From Dehalococcoidia bacterium (GTDB taxonomy: Bacteria; Chloroflexota; Dehalococcoidia; UBA6926), in the NCBI GenBank assembly GCA_963665385.1, contig OY762213.1, positions 325,793 through 389,792 of the forward strand: a DNA stretch of 64,000 nucleotides. Direction: 5' to 3'. Positions within the stretch are counted from its first letter, which is position 1. Each line of letters starts with the position of its first letter. The notes below the pieces were generated by a model. It was not told the DNA's origin and did not search any database. It saw only the letters and a list, made by a program, of their open reading frames with translations. Both the position numbers and the translations under genes were made by a program. Below are positions 19,358 through 29,184 of this stretch, piece by piece.

Positions 19358-19396
19358 AGATTAAAGTCACTCCTTAGGTTAGTGCCTGCGCTTGCC

Positions 19397-20683
19397 CTAC
19401 CCCCCCGCCGTCCGCGCCGCCACCCGCACATCCCTAGCGAAGCTGGTCCGTAGTGCGAGAGCAATTGCGAACATCACCGCGATCGCCCCGCCGATGCCCA
19501 CCGCCGTCGGCGCGCCGAACCACTCCGCCAGCGCCCCCACCTGCAGGCCGCCCAGCGGAATCAGGCTGTACGTCAGGCTGAACACGCCCATCACCCGGCC
19601 CCGCAGGTCCTCCGGCACCGCGCTCTGCAGCAGCGTCAGATTGGTTATTTGGGACAACGAGTTAAAGGTTCCCGATAGGAATAGCGCGCCAAGCGACAGC
19701 CACAGGACCGTGCTGAATGCGAACAGCATCACCATCGCCCCAAACAGTCCGCCGCCGCCCAGCAACAAGACGAGCGGCCAGCGACCCTTCACCCAGAACG
19801 CCGCAAGGCCCGTGCCGATGAGCCCGCCCGCCGCCGATGCCCCCAACATCATCCCCATGCCGTCCGCGCCTATGCCCAGGATGTCCCGCGCGAAGACCGG
19901 CATCAGTTGGATATACGCCACGCCAAAGAAACTGTCCACGAACGTCAGCAGGATAAGACTCGCGAAGAGGTTGCGACGTGCGATGAACGTGATCCCCTCG
20001 AACAGTTCCTTGAACACGTTGCCGCGAACCCGATCCACGCGGGGAATCCGCACGAAAAAGAGGAGCAGCGTGCCAAGTCCGTAGCCCAGGGTTACCGACC
20101 CGAACGTCGCCGCGGAACCGATGCGCTCGATCAGCACTCCGCCCAGACCCGGGCCAAACACCCGTGTCCCTTGCCACACGGACGAGCTGAGCGCCAGGGC
20201 GTTCATCAGCAGCCGTCGGTCCGGAATCAGCGCCGGGACCACCGCCGTGCGTGTCGGCTGATCGATTCCCTGGATGACTCCGATGGCTGCGGACGCCGCC
20301 AGCAGGTGCCACGGTGCGAGTACCTCCCCAAATGTCAGCATCATCAGGACCGTCACCGTGATGGTCATGCAGACCTGCGTGGCGATAAGCAGTGCCAGCC
20401 GACTGACCCGGTCTGCCGCCACCCCACCAATCAGGTTCACGCTGATCGTGCCGAACCCCATGGCGAAACCCAGGTAGCCGAGGAAGATCTCCGAATTGGT
20501 CAGCTCATACCCCTCCCACGCAATGACGATGCGCAGGATCTGCCAGCCCATCACGAACGAGACCGCGCTGAACCAGTAATTCCGGAAATTGGGGACGGCC
20601 AGAGAGCCGAGAGGAGACGTAACGGCGCGGTGCGTCTGCTCTTGCTCCTGCTGTTCAGTATCCGTTTCGCGCGGAGTGGACAT
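19397..20683 (-). CDS. MFS transporter
   Basis: 12 predicted TM helices, MFS-like loop motifs; start MSTPRE (alternative upstream ATG 20722). Confidence 0.75.
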   Translation of the reverse strand: MSTPRETDTEQQEQEQTHRAVTSPLGSLAVPNFRNYWFSAVSFVMGWQILRIVIAWEGYELTNSEIFLGYLGFAMGFGTISVNLIGGVAADRVSRLALLIATQVCMTITVTVLMMLTFGEVLAPWHLLAASAAIGVIQGIDQPTRTAVVPALIPDRRLLMNALALSSSVWQGTRVFGPGLGGVLIERIGSAATFGSVTLGYGLGTLLLFFVRIPRVDRVRGNVFKELFEGITFIARRNLFASLILLTFVDSFFGVAYIQLMPVFARDILGIGADGMGMMLGASAAGGLIGTGLAAFWVKGRWPLVLLLGGGGLFGAMVMLFAFSTVLWLSLGALFLSGTFNSLSQITNLTLLQSAVPEDLRGRVMGVFSLTYSLIPLGGLQVGALAEWFGAPTAVGIGGAIAVMFAIALALRTSFARDVRVAARTAGG

Positions 20684-20934
20684 TAACCTCGTTCCGCGAA
20701 TCCCAGGGCAAGCCTGCCCCATACGTGATAGGGGCGGGGGCGGGGAGGAATCCGTAGGCGCATATAATACAGCGGATGCCGTTGCCCACGCCGCCGGTGT
20801 GGACTCTCACCGGGGCGCCAGTGCGAGCGGCATCTCTGGGGGATACGTGTCCGCATTCGTTGAACAGAGTGCCGGTCCGCGCGAATCGCGTCGGCAACGC
20901 CGCGCGCCCTCTGGCAAACGCAACCGCTCAAGCA

Positions 20935-22271
20935 TCATGGGCATGGCGCTGCACCTCATCGCCGCCCTCCTGATCATCGTCGGATTCGGCGGCCTCGCCA
21001 TATCCGCCGCTCCCGTCTTCCAGGAAAGTTCCGGCGGACACGCCGCCCTCGTCGAAGTCGACGGCACGATTCAACCGGTGACCGTTCGTTATGTCTCCCG
21101 CGCCCTCAGCAGGGCCGCCGACGACAATGCCGAGATCGTCATCATCCGTCTCGACACCCCCGGCGGCTTGCTGGACTCAACCCGCGACATCGTTGAGGAG
21201 ATATTCGCCAGCCGTGTTCCCGTGGTTGTGTACGTCGCCCCCAGCGGCGCGCAGGCCGCCTCCGCAGGCACGTTCATCACGGCGGCAGGCCATGTTGCCG
21301 TCATGTCCTCCGCCACCAACATCGGCGCGGCGTCCCCGGTCGGCGGTGGGGGCGAAGACCTGCCTGACACGTTGGAATCCAAGGCGAGGCAGGACGCCGC
21401 CGCCTTCCTCAGGAGCATCGGAGAGCGGACGGGCCGCAACCCGCAGGCATTGGAGGCGACCGTTCTGGAAGCCCGTTCCTACACCGCTGTTGAAGCCCTC
21501 GACGAGGGCATCATCGACTTCCTCGCTGAAGACATCGACGACCTTCTCGCAAACTTGGACGGGCGCACGGTGACCATAAGCGGCAGCGAAATCATCCTTG
21601 AAACCGACGGTCTCCCCTTGCGAGACATCGAGAAGACGGCCCTGGAAGGCTTCCTGGAGATCATCTCCAACCCCAACATCGCCTTCCTGTTGCTCACTGT
21701 GGGCGGGCTCGGAATCATCATTGAGCTCATCAGCCCCGGCTTCCTTGGGCCCGGCATCGTCGGCCTTATCGCGCTCGCGCTGGCCTTCGTCGCCCTTGGC
21801 AACCTGCCGGTCAACTGGGTCGGGTTCGGCCTCATCGTGGCTGCGATGGTTTTCTTCTACATGGAGATGCAGGCCCCGGGAGTCAGCGTCTTCGGCATCG
21901 GAGGCGCTTTCAGCTTCCTTATCGGTGGCTTCCTCTTATTCGGCAGTTTCGAGGCGCCGCCCATAGATTCGCCCAGTTTCCGTGTCAGCTACTGGATGCT
22001 GGGCGCAGTCGGTATCGCCGTGTTCGCCGGCCTCGGCCTGACCTTCCGGGCGCTGGCTCAATACCGAGGGGCCGATTACACCTCGCCAACGACAATCCCT
22101 GTGGGCATGTCCGGCAGGGTTACCGATGCCATCAACCCCACCGGCTCAGTGCGTGTGCACGGCGAAATCTGGACTGCCGAGTCCGCAGACGGTGAGCCGA
22201 TAGAGGAGGGAGCGGCAATCGTCGTCGTCGGGATGGACGGTTTGATCGTGACAGTTAGAAGAGAAGAGTGA
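20935..22271 (+). CDS. NfeD-family membrane-bound serine protease (ClpP-class)
   Basis: ClpP-like domain IRLDTPGGLLDSTRDIVEEI...YVAPSGAQAASAGTFI, C-terminal TM segments and OB-fold; upstream of SPFH gene. Confidence 0.8.
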
Positions 22272-22305
22272 GCCGTTCACACGAACGGACGAAAGGAGCA
22301 GGCAA

Positions 22306-23160
22306 ATGATCCCGTATATCGCGGTAGTCAAGCAATACGAGCGCCTGGCGGTTTTCACGCTCGGCAAGTACTCCGGCATGAGACAGCCCGGACTCAATCT
22401 CCTTGTGTGGCCATTCCAGGCCACGCAAAAGGTCGATCTCCGCGAATTCGTTATCGATATCCCTCGCCAGACCAACATCACCCTCGACAACGCCCCCATA
22501 GACATCGACTTCCTCGTCTACATGCGGGTGCAGGAATCCGACGCCGAACGAGCCGTTCTGGAGGTCGTCGACTTCCGCTCCGCCGTCGTCGGCATTGCCA
22601 CCACCAACCTGAGAGCCGTCATCGGTGAGATGAACCTTGACGATGTCCTCTCACAGCGAGAGCGCATCAACGAATCCCTGCGCACCAAGCTTGACGAGGT
22701 CACGGAACGCTGGGGCATCAAGGTCACCCAGGTTGAGATTCGCGAGGTCGAGCCCAACCGTGACATCCAGGAGGCCATGAACCGCCAGATGTCCGCGGAG
22801 AGAATCCGTCGCGCAGCCGTCACGGAGGCAGAGGGAACTCGACAGGCCGCAATCACCGTCGCCGAGGGCGAAAAGCAGTCCGCGATCCTCAGGGCCGAGG
22901 GTGAACGGCAGGCCGAGATTCTGAATGCCGAGGGCGATCAACAGGCCGCCATCCTCCGAGCTGACGGCTTCGCCACCGCCCTTGACCGCATTTCAGGCGT
23001 CGCGCGCGGCATAGACACCAACACCCTCAGCCTGCAGTACCTGGAGACTCTCAAGGACGTGGGCGCAGCGCCGTCGACCAAGTTCATCTTCCCGATGGAG
23101 TTCACCAGCCTCCTCCGCCCGTTCACAAACATGGTGTCACCCAACGACGACAACGAATAG
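22306..23160 (+). CDS. SPFH/Band-7 (stomatin/prohibitin-like) protein
   Basis: SPFH domain with coiled-coil EAEG/RAEG repeat region; canonical NfeD-SPFH operon. Confidence 0.85.
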   Translation: MIPYIAVVKQYERLAVFTLGKYSGMRQPGLNLLVWPFQATQKVDLREFVIDIPRQTNITLDNAPIDIDFLVYMRVQESDAERAVLEVVDFRSAVVGIATTNLRAVIGEMNLDDVLSQRERINESLRTKLDEVTERWGIKVTQVEIREVEPNRDIQEAMNRQMSAERIRRAAVTEAEGTRQAAITVAEGEKQSAILRAEGERQAEILNAEGDQQAAILRADGFATALDRISGVARGIDTNTLSLQYLETLKDVGAAPSTKFIFPMEFTSLLRPFTNMVSPNDDNE

Positions 23161-23200
23161 CCTGCTAGCACCTGAGCCACCGTCATACGGGACATACAGT

Positions 23201-23310
23201 CGTCATTTCCGCGAAAGCATGCCCGCGTCCCCATTCACCCTGAGCCTGTCGAAGGGTGCTCCAATGGCATCCTGAGCCTTCCTATGTCATTCTGAGCGCA
23301 GCGAAGAATC
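23201..23310. repeat. Cluster of hairpin repeats R1(degenerate)-R2-R2(partial)-R3
   Basis: cattcaccctgagcctgtcgaagggtg (6-bp stem caccct/agggtg) and gtcattctgagcgcagcgaagaatc. Confidence 0.6.
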
Positions 23311-23331
23311 ACATACCAACGGGAGCAGCAA

Positions 23332-23661
23332 GTGCCGGCATTCGATGATTTCACAGGAACCGTGCGGGGGACGCCCGTCGTCACCCGCGTCATGGAGAGC
23401 ATGATGATAGAGGCCGCGCAGGCCCTGCGAGACATCTGCCGCACCTTCCAGGCGACGGGCGAGCCGATGGGCGGTCACCACCTCCCCGCCGGCGGCTACA
23501 TGGGTGAAATGATCGTCCGCGCGCTCATCGAGGCCGATCTCATCGAGGAAGTCGAGGGAGAAGAGCGCGGCTTCATGCGACGCTACAAGCCCACCAAGAA
23601 CGGCGAAAAGACCTACGCCAAGCTAGACAAAGAAGACGCCTTCTCCCGCCGCGCAACCTAG
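23332..23661 (+). CDS. Hypothetical protein flanked by repeat elements
   Basis: GTG start with GGGAG SD; no recognisable motif. Confidence 0.3.
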   Translation: MPAFDDFTGTVRGTPVVTRVMESMMIEAAQALRDICRTFQATGEPMGGHHLPAGGYMGEMIVRALIEADLIEEVEGEERGFMRRYKPTKNGEKTYAKLDKEDAFSRRAT

Positions 23662-23664
23662 ACC

Positions 23665-23688
23665 GTCATTCCCGCGAAAGCGGGAATC
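23665..23688. repeat. R1 hairpin repeat copy
   Basis: attcccgcgaaagcgggaat perfect 8-bp stem. Confidence 0.6.
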
Positions 23689-23771
23689 CAGAGACGCCTA
23701 AGACTCCGATGCCGGAACGCGGCGAACCAACGTATTCAATAACCCAATACGAATCGCGAACCGAGAAAAAA

Positions 23772-23845
23772 TCGGGGCGCCCGGATTTGAACCGGGGACC
23801 TCCGCGTCCCGAACGCGGCGCGCTGCCAAACTGCGCTACGCCCCG
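23772..23845 (-). tRNA. tRNA-Pro (anticodon CGG), CCA not encoded
   Basis: CGGGGCGTAGCGCAGTTTGGCAGCGCG CCGCG TTCGGGA CGCGG ... CCCGG TTCAAAT CCGGG CGCCCCG A. Confidence 0.85.
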
Positions 23846-23957
23846 ACCGACAAACAAACCGCGGGCAGCAAAACCGCCCGCTCGCTTAAGAGTATACGGG
23901 TATCCGCCCCACAAAGAATCCCCTCCCTCACAGAGGGGGGAGGGTTAGGGTGGGGGG

Positions 23958-24704
23958 CTAATCGGTCAAGATAGATCGGGCAATTGGTTCGAGCACGCGC
24001 TGGACTTCCTCATCAAGCTCGTCCTGCGGGTAGTGGACGGGTTGCTTGGCCGCGCCGGGCCCGCGGCCGGGCCATCGTTTGGCTAGAGCTTTTGCAAGGT
24101 GAGGGAATTCCTTAAAGTCAAGTAGCCTACACCGACTCTGGGCATCTATATTCTGAAGCCAACCTTGGAGTGAAATACGGAGCTTTAGAGATCTCAATGC
24201 AGAGCGGGTATGGATTTCACGGGCATTGGTCAGACTAGAACCAAATGTGAATTGGGCGTCTTTCAATTCCTGATCCTGTAACCAGAGGCCACGGGCGAAC
24301 ACATCCCGTTCAATTCGTTCGGGGTCGGATTCTCGTGCCGGAATAAGTTCTTGCCAACTGGAGTTTGTCAGGCCCGAATTCCGTATACCTAACCGACATT
24401 TGGCCCCAAGGGCTTGCCAGAGAAACTTCTGCTCGCCTGGCTCGAGATTCGTGGATTTGAGCAAGTGTGAAATCGACAGTGCCCGCCCCAATGACCACCG
24501 CCGTACGAATGCTAACTCTGCTTGAGATTCAGCCTCGACGGAGATGACGAGTTCCAGTGCATTGTCCAGCATGTCGTCGATTTCACGGTCAAGATCCTCG
24601 GCAATGGCTCGGTGCTCCTCTTCTCCGAACCGGTAACGGCGTGTTGTGCGCACGCGATCATCGTGACTACCAGAATCAGATTCTGACCAGAGCAAGACCG
24701 GCAT
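23958..24704 (-). CDS. Hypothetical protein, third gene of HARE-HTH/GHKL operon (translationally coupled)
   Basis: ATGA start/stop overlap with upstream ATPase gene; 248 aa, no recognisable motif. Confidence 0.5.
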   Translation of the reverse strand: MPVLLWSESDSGSHDDRVRTTRRYRFGEEEHRAIAEDLDREIDDMLDNALELVISVEAESQAELAFVRRWSLGRALSISHLLKSTNLEPGEQKFLWQALGAKCRLGIRNSGLTNSSWQELIPARESDPERIERDVFARGLWLQDQELKDAQFTFGSSLTNAREIHTRSALRSLKLRISLQGWLQNIDAQSRCRLLDFKEFPHLAKALAKRWPGRGPGAAKQPVHYPQDELDEEVQRVLEPIARSILTD

Positions 24705-27253
24705 CAGTGACTCTCCTCATACATGCGCATCATGTGCGCGGCGCAGTTCCGAAAATCCTCCACAAAGTCTATGTACGGCACCTCAGACTGGTTCCCGCCA
24801 GCCCCCTCCAGCAATTCCATCATCTCCACAAAGCGCCCCCACTTTTCGCTGTCAACCCCCGGCGGCTCACTTGTGCAGAGATCGTCCAGACGAGTTCTGT
24901 CATGGTCTTTCCAAGCTGGCTCTAGTGCCCATTGGATAAGCGCTTCGCAGGTGATTTCAAGCAAAAAAGAGTTGCGCCTTTCGGTTCCATTGGCTGCATC
25001 TGCCTCCATCAATTCCCGGTTTGTGGCATATCGCTCAGGGAACTGGAGCACTGTCTCTCCGTCGATTTCCTTGAGCTGCCAACGAGGTAGCCTCTCGTCT
25101 GGCCGTTGGTCTAGTCGGAACGGTAATCCCCCTTGATTCGGCGGATCAACTTCAATGTGGAGCATGTAAGACGCCGCAGCGGAATCAAGGCTACCATCGG
25201 TATCAAAGAGATCAGCGTTTAACTGATGTCGACCTGGCTCAACTGGGATAGCGATTGCGTTCTCGTCAGGCAAGGGTAACTTATCCGGTGCCACGAAGAT
25301 AATGTCACCCATCCAGACTGCGTGCTGATCGGACGTGTCTCCTTCTGGTGTACCACGGAGAGAACGTGGCTCTCCATCGGCAAGCATTGGGGTTGCCTCC
25401 GAAAGACTGGCATTCAGAGAAACGTCTATAACTCTAGGCGTATTGTTGTGAGCGTTTATCTGCGCCGCCACCCTTTCACCATAGTTAATGCGTTCCCTGC
25501 CCGAGGCGGATCGTGTCTGGTTTTCGACTGAGATGGATAATGTGAGTGGATCACGCTCAGGGTTCTGCGGGTCTTGATGCACGTAAATGGAACGAGAAGC
25601 GCGTGCAACCTGTCGCCCATCATGCTGAACGCGCGCCGTCAGCTTCCATTTGCCCTGCAGAGCAAGCTGAAGCTGATCCGGTCTAGCGGCATTGCGGACT
25701 ATCTGGAGATTACCGACCTTCAAATTCCCTTCTCTGTTATAGAAGCTAATCGCCTCATCTGTTCGTACTGAGACCCTTACCGATTCATCCACGTGCTGAG
25801 CCTCTAGAGAGACGGTCACATTTGCGGGGAAAGACGAAGAACTTGTGACAAGCACCTGAATATTCTCCAGTAGCTGTCCCCAATCGACGCGTGCTACTGT
25901 CGAATCAGGGAAAGACAAGGAGAGTGAGCAGTTCCAGGACTCCGTTGGCTGCTTCCCGCTGGTTCCGAACCATTGCAGAATTTCGCGGGCAATGTCCGTC
26001 TGTAGTGCTGGCGTAGGTGGACGCGCCGGTTCCTGCATCCACCCCAAGTCCTTCGCGAAGGCTTCGACAGCGCTCTCGACTTGTCTGTAGATTGCCTGCA
26101 CAAGACCTTGTTTCCTGTCAAACTTGTGATGCTGTGGCGACTCAAGATTACGAAGTTCCTTTTCCAACGATTGATCGAATTCCACGAATCCCCGGAACCC
26201 GGACCGCCTGCCTGGGGGAATAAAGCCCGACAACTCTCTATCCCCGCTACCTATAGTTGTTATCCACTGGTGACCGCGTAGAAGCTGAACGCCTTCAAAT
26301 TGCGCATCATCACTCTCCGCATCCGTGGATTGCAGCCGTTCGTCATGTATGAGGACGATTCGCTTTATCCGCAATCCGTCCCCAAGGTCTACATTCTCAG
26401 TTGATCGCACTTCGACACCTTTAGGCTGTGAGCCTATCCAGGGTTCGTCTTGCCACCATGATGGGACGGTAACTGTATCCTCGCGCCGTGTCTCCTCATC
26501 AATCACTCTAATCTCTAGCGCACCGGTCTGGACGGCGCGCCACCAGCAGCGCCGCAGCCACTGCACCAGTTCTCCATTCTTGACGGCCGTCACCGCCTCC
26601 TCAGACAGGTAAGGGACGGCAACACGGGTGCCGACTTTTTTGAGCGGCTCAAGTCCGAGGTCTATCTCTATTCCGGTTTCGTCCGTGAATTGACCACTGA
26701 CCAATTCCTCTGCTTCGGAATCTTGCCAGGGGGGTGACTGAATTGTGTCTACAGGATTAGCGTTGCGAACACCCAGCCTATATAGGCCGTCGGCAAGAAG
26801 CGTGTCGTACAACATCATCATACGGCGTCGTCCGGGTGCAGAAGGTGGCGAGGAATGATACAGGAAGGCCGACTTACCCTGTCCCCTCGATCCTCGAGCT
26901 GAATCATCTGACTTCTTGGTAAAGCCCTGACCCTCGAATGCAGCCCAATTCTCATCCGTTTCCAATTCGTAACCCCGCTCACTGAGTTCAGCCTGAGAAA
27001 GGGCAGGGCCGCGTAGGCCGTAAGTGCCGGAATCCGTCACTGTCAAGAGGTGACGTGTTCCCTCGTATCGTGACTCCTGTTTTCGAAGCCGATACTCCAC
27101 TCTGACTATCGGACTAGCGTGCTTGGCGTCCAAAGAGTTTTGTACCGGCTCCTGGGCAAGCGCCCGAATTGGGCCATTGTCGCCGTAACTCTGGATGATC
27201 GATTGGACTTGTTGCACCATATCGCTTGGCGCAGGTTGATAGTTTGAAGCCAT
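24704..27253 (-). CDS. MORC/MutL-like GHKL (Bergerat-fold) ATPase, large multidomain protein
   Basis: N-box EPVQNSLDAK, G1 box VTDSGTYGL, G2 box GSRGQGKSAF (MORC-type GxGxKSA); about 600-aa uncharacterised C-terminal region; start MASNYQ at 27253 with GAGAGGGGAGGG SD (longer ORF to 27391 would overlap upstream gene). Confidence 0.65.
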   Translation of the reverse strand: MASNYQPAPSDMVQQVQSIIQSYGDNGPIRALAQEPVQNSLDAKHASPIVRVEYRLRKQESRYEGTRHLLTVTDSGTYGLRGPALSQAELSERGYELETDENWAAFEGQGFTKKSDDSARGSRGQGKSAFLYHSSPPSAPGRRRMMMLYDTLLADGLYRLGVRNANPVDTIQSPPWQDSEAEELVSGQFTDETGIEIDLGLEPLKKVGTRVAVPYLSEEAVTAVKNGELVQWLRRCWWRAVQTGALEIRVIDEETRREDTVTVPSWWQDEPWIGSQPKGVEVRSTENVDLGDGLRIKRIVLIHDERLQSTDAESDDAQFEGVQLLRGHQWITTIGSGDRELSGFIPPGRRSGFRGFVEFDQSLEKELRNLESPQHHKFDRKQGLVQAIYRQVESAVEAFAKDLGWMQEPARPPTPALQTDIAREILQWFGTSGKQPTESWNCSLSLSFPDSTVARVDWGQLLENIQVLVTSSSSFPANVTVSLEAQHVDESVRVSVRTDEAISFYNREGNLKVGNLQIVRNAARPDQLQLALQGKWKLTARVQHDGRQVARASRSIYVHQDPQNPERDPLTLSISVENQTRSASGRERINYGERVAAQINAHNNTPRVIDVSLNASLSEATPMLADGEPRSLRGTPEGDTSDQHAVWMGDIIFVAPDKLPLPDENAIAIPVEPGRHQLNADLFDTDGSLDSAAASYMLHIEVDPPNQGGLPFRLDQRPDERLPRWQLKEIDGETVLQFPERYATNRELMEADAANGTERRNSFLLEITCEALIQWALEPAWKDHDRTRLDDLCTSEPPGVDSEKWGRFVEMMELLEGAGGNQSEVPYIDFVEDFRNCAAHMMRMYEESH

Positions 27254-27272
27254 GGCTCGAGCCCTCCCCTCT

Positions 27273-27755
27273 CTAGCCGCCCCGCGTCCGGCGCCGCGCC
27301 GGCCGTTGCCGCGCCCCCACATTTCGGGCATTTGGAAAGTCCTTACGAAGACCATAGAAGCCCTTGGACGTAGGCCGCACGAAGCGTTCATCTAGTACGA
27401 GTCGCGCCACCAGCGTGGCAGGAGGATCGTTGCCGTTGATTTGTCCACCGAGCCGCTGCACTTCCTTCGCTAGGTCCTTGTAATACATCGGCTTGTTCGG
27501 CTGCTGCAGCAACACCTTCTCCGCTAGATCGGTTATCGATTCTCCATCGGAGCGATGTTCAGCTGGACTGCTTGCTGTTGAACTGTCCGTCGACGTTTCA
27601 ACATGCTCATCGGCAAGTAGACCGTCCACGTGGCGGAGCCGTTCAATGATTTTGGCCAAGCGTTGTTCTGATTCGGCAATCTTTTCTCGGACCTCTTCCA
27701 ACTCCGCCCGCAGGCTTGTTCGTTCCGTCTGTAACATTCGCTCTAACACGGTCAT
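27273..27755 (-). CDS. Coiled-coil + HARE-HTH domain protein
   Basis: N-terminal coiled coil; C-terminus MYYKDLAKEV...ATLVARLVLDERFVRPTSKGFYGLRKDF matches HARE-HTH / RNAP delta N-domain pattern (DGRF...WGLR); GGAGGGG SD. Confidence 0.55.
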   Translation of the reverse strand: MTVLERMLQTERTSLRAELEEVREKIAESEQRLAKIIERLRHVDGLLADEHVETSTDSSTASSPAEHRSDGESITDLAEKVLLQQPNKPMYYKDLAKEVQRLGGQINGNDPPATLVARLVLDERFVRPTSKGFYGLRKDFPNARNVGARQRPARRRTRGG

Positions 27756-27773
27756 GTTATACCCCTCCAGAAT

Positions 27774-27804
27774 CTGTTATGCAGAAAAATAACACGCATA
27801 ACAG
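27774..27804. promoter_or_regulatory. Putative operator: inverted repeat CTGTTATGC-N13-GCATAACAG upstream of HARE-HTH operon
   Basis: Perfect 9-bp arms immediately upstream of SD in an AT-rich promoter region. Confidence 0.4.
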
Positions 27805-28143
27805 GAACGTGTCAAGATAATAACACCATACAAGCACGGTCTATGTATTACGGTGCGACCATCAGAATCTGCGGGCGATCCGTTGAATCATGTTTGGGAT
27901 ACGGTGCCGAGTGGCCCGAACTAGTGGCGCATTACGCCGCCGTGCCCTGCCGTGTTGTAGATGTCGCGAACTGCGAGGCCGATATCGTCCGGTCAACCCT
28001 CAGTCGTGCGGAAGTACGAGTTGACGTCACGGGTGTCCAGGATCTGCGCCGCCTCCGCGCCGAACAGAACCGTAGAAACGAACCGGCGCGCGCGTCTCCA
28101 CGTGCCGCCCATCGGCCGAGACATAGCGTCGGTCACGTCGCCC

Positions 28144-28449
28144 TCAGTCGACGTACCCGCGGGCGCGGAGCGCATTGTTGACGTTGACATCGCCCACCCA
28201 CACCTCTGCCTTCAGCCTGCCGAGACTGTCCGATTCCGTGGCCTCATAAAACACTATTGTATCCGCCACCAGCTCGGACAGGTATGCATGCGCCTGCGCG
28301 TACCGATCAGGATTCGTCGGCAGCGTAATGCCCGCCAATACCAGCCGCTCAGCGTCCTCCATGTAAATCACGCCGCCCTCGATGACGTCCGCAACCCGAC
28401 CCCACCTGCGCGGCCGCGGAGAATCGCCTGGTTCACCGGTCGAGGTCAT
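28144..28449 (-). CDS. Hypothetical protein (weak thermonuclease/SNase-like pattern)
   Basis: VIEGGVIYMEDAERLVLAGITLPT loosely resembles v.DGDT...vRLiGIDaPE of SNase-like proteins. Confidence 0.3.
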   Translation of the reverse strand: MTSTGEPGDSPRPRRWGRVADVIEGGVIYMEDAERLVLAGITLPTNPDRYAQAHAYLSELVADTIVFYEATESDSLGRLKAEVWVGDVNVNNALRARGYVD

Positions 28450-28467
28450 GCCTGAAGTGACGCCGGC

Positions 28468-29037
28468 CTACGCCGCAGGGGCGACGACTATGACGAGGGT
28501 CAATAATGCAAGCGCCCGGCCAATGAGTGTCCCCACGATTACCGCCACCGCCGCCAGCGGCATGCTGCACGACAACGACTCCCGAGTCGCAATCATCATG
28601 GCCGTCGCGATCCAGATCGTAGTGGCGAGCGCGGCAGCCCCGCCGATAACCGGCAGAGGGACAAGAATCATGAGCAGGGCGGGCGACGCCGTGAAGCCGA
28701 CGCTTCGGATGAACTGCAAAAACGTGCCGCCCAGGAAACCCGACGCGGACGTTCCTGCAATCACGGACACGATCATGTACGAGAACAGCGCCGAGAGCGT
28801 CCACCCCAGACCCGTGAAGATGAGAGAGGAGATGAACACGGTTGAGGCCGTCTGCCCCCCGTCTCCATAGAGCGTCGCAACCGACGCCACAAGGCCATGG
28901 ATGACTGACACGAGGATGACCACAAAGACCGCCTGTCGGATCGCCCCCGGGTCTCGCCGCAACTCGTCGTACAGCTGCGAATCACCCAGGGCCGAGCGCA
29001 TCATGCGCACGTGGAAAGCGTCAGGCGCACCTAGCAT
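28468..29037 (-). CDS. Yip1-domain membrane protein
   Basis: Five TM helices with N-terminal cytosolic segment typical of YIP1 family. Confidence 0.5.
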   Translation of the reverse strand: MLGAPDAFHVRMMRSALGDSQLYDELRRDPGAIRQAVFVVILVSVIHGLVASVATLYGDGGQTASTVFISSLIFTGLGWTLSALFSYMIVSVIAGTSASGFLGGTFLQFIRSVGFTASPALLMILVPLPVIGGAAALATTIWIATAMMIATRESLSCSMPLAAVAVIVGTLIGRALALLTLVIVVAPAA

Positions 29038-29063
29038 CGTTCCTCACTCCTTCCATCCCCGCT

Positions 29064-29109
29064 CGCCCTGAGCGTAGTCGAATGGTCTCCCTGAGCCTGT
29101 CGAAGGGCC
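29064..29109. repeat. Two R2 repeat copies (one degenerate)
   Basis: ccctgagcctgtcgaagggcc. Confidence 0.5.
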
Positions 29110-29184
29110 CCACCCGCCAAAACCGATAACGTACCTTAGAGTATAGGAACGAGGCCGAACGAGTCGCAGGAGGGCATCGCGCCG

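Noticed and set aside
19907-20686. 259-aa plus-strand ORF and other His/Arg-rich ORFs at 19392-20312
   Set aside because: Antisense or alternate frames of the MFS transporter gene. Low-complexity composition typical of GC-rich spurious ORFs.
24704-27391. Longer 895-aa version of the GHKL ATPase ORF
   Set aside because: The extra 46 N-terminal residues are Arg/Gly-rich and overlap the 3' end of the upstream HARE-HTH gene. ATG 27253 has a strong SD and avoids the overlap.
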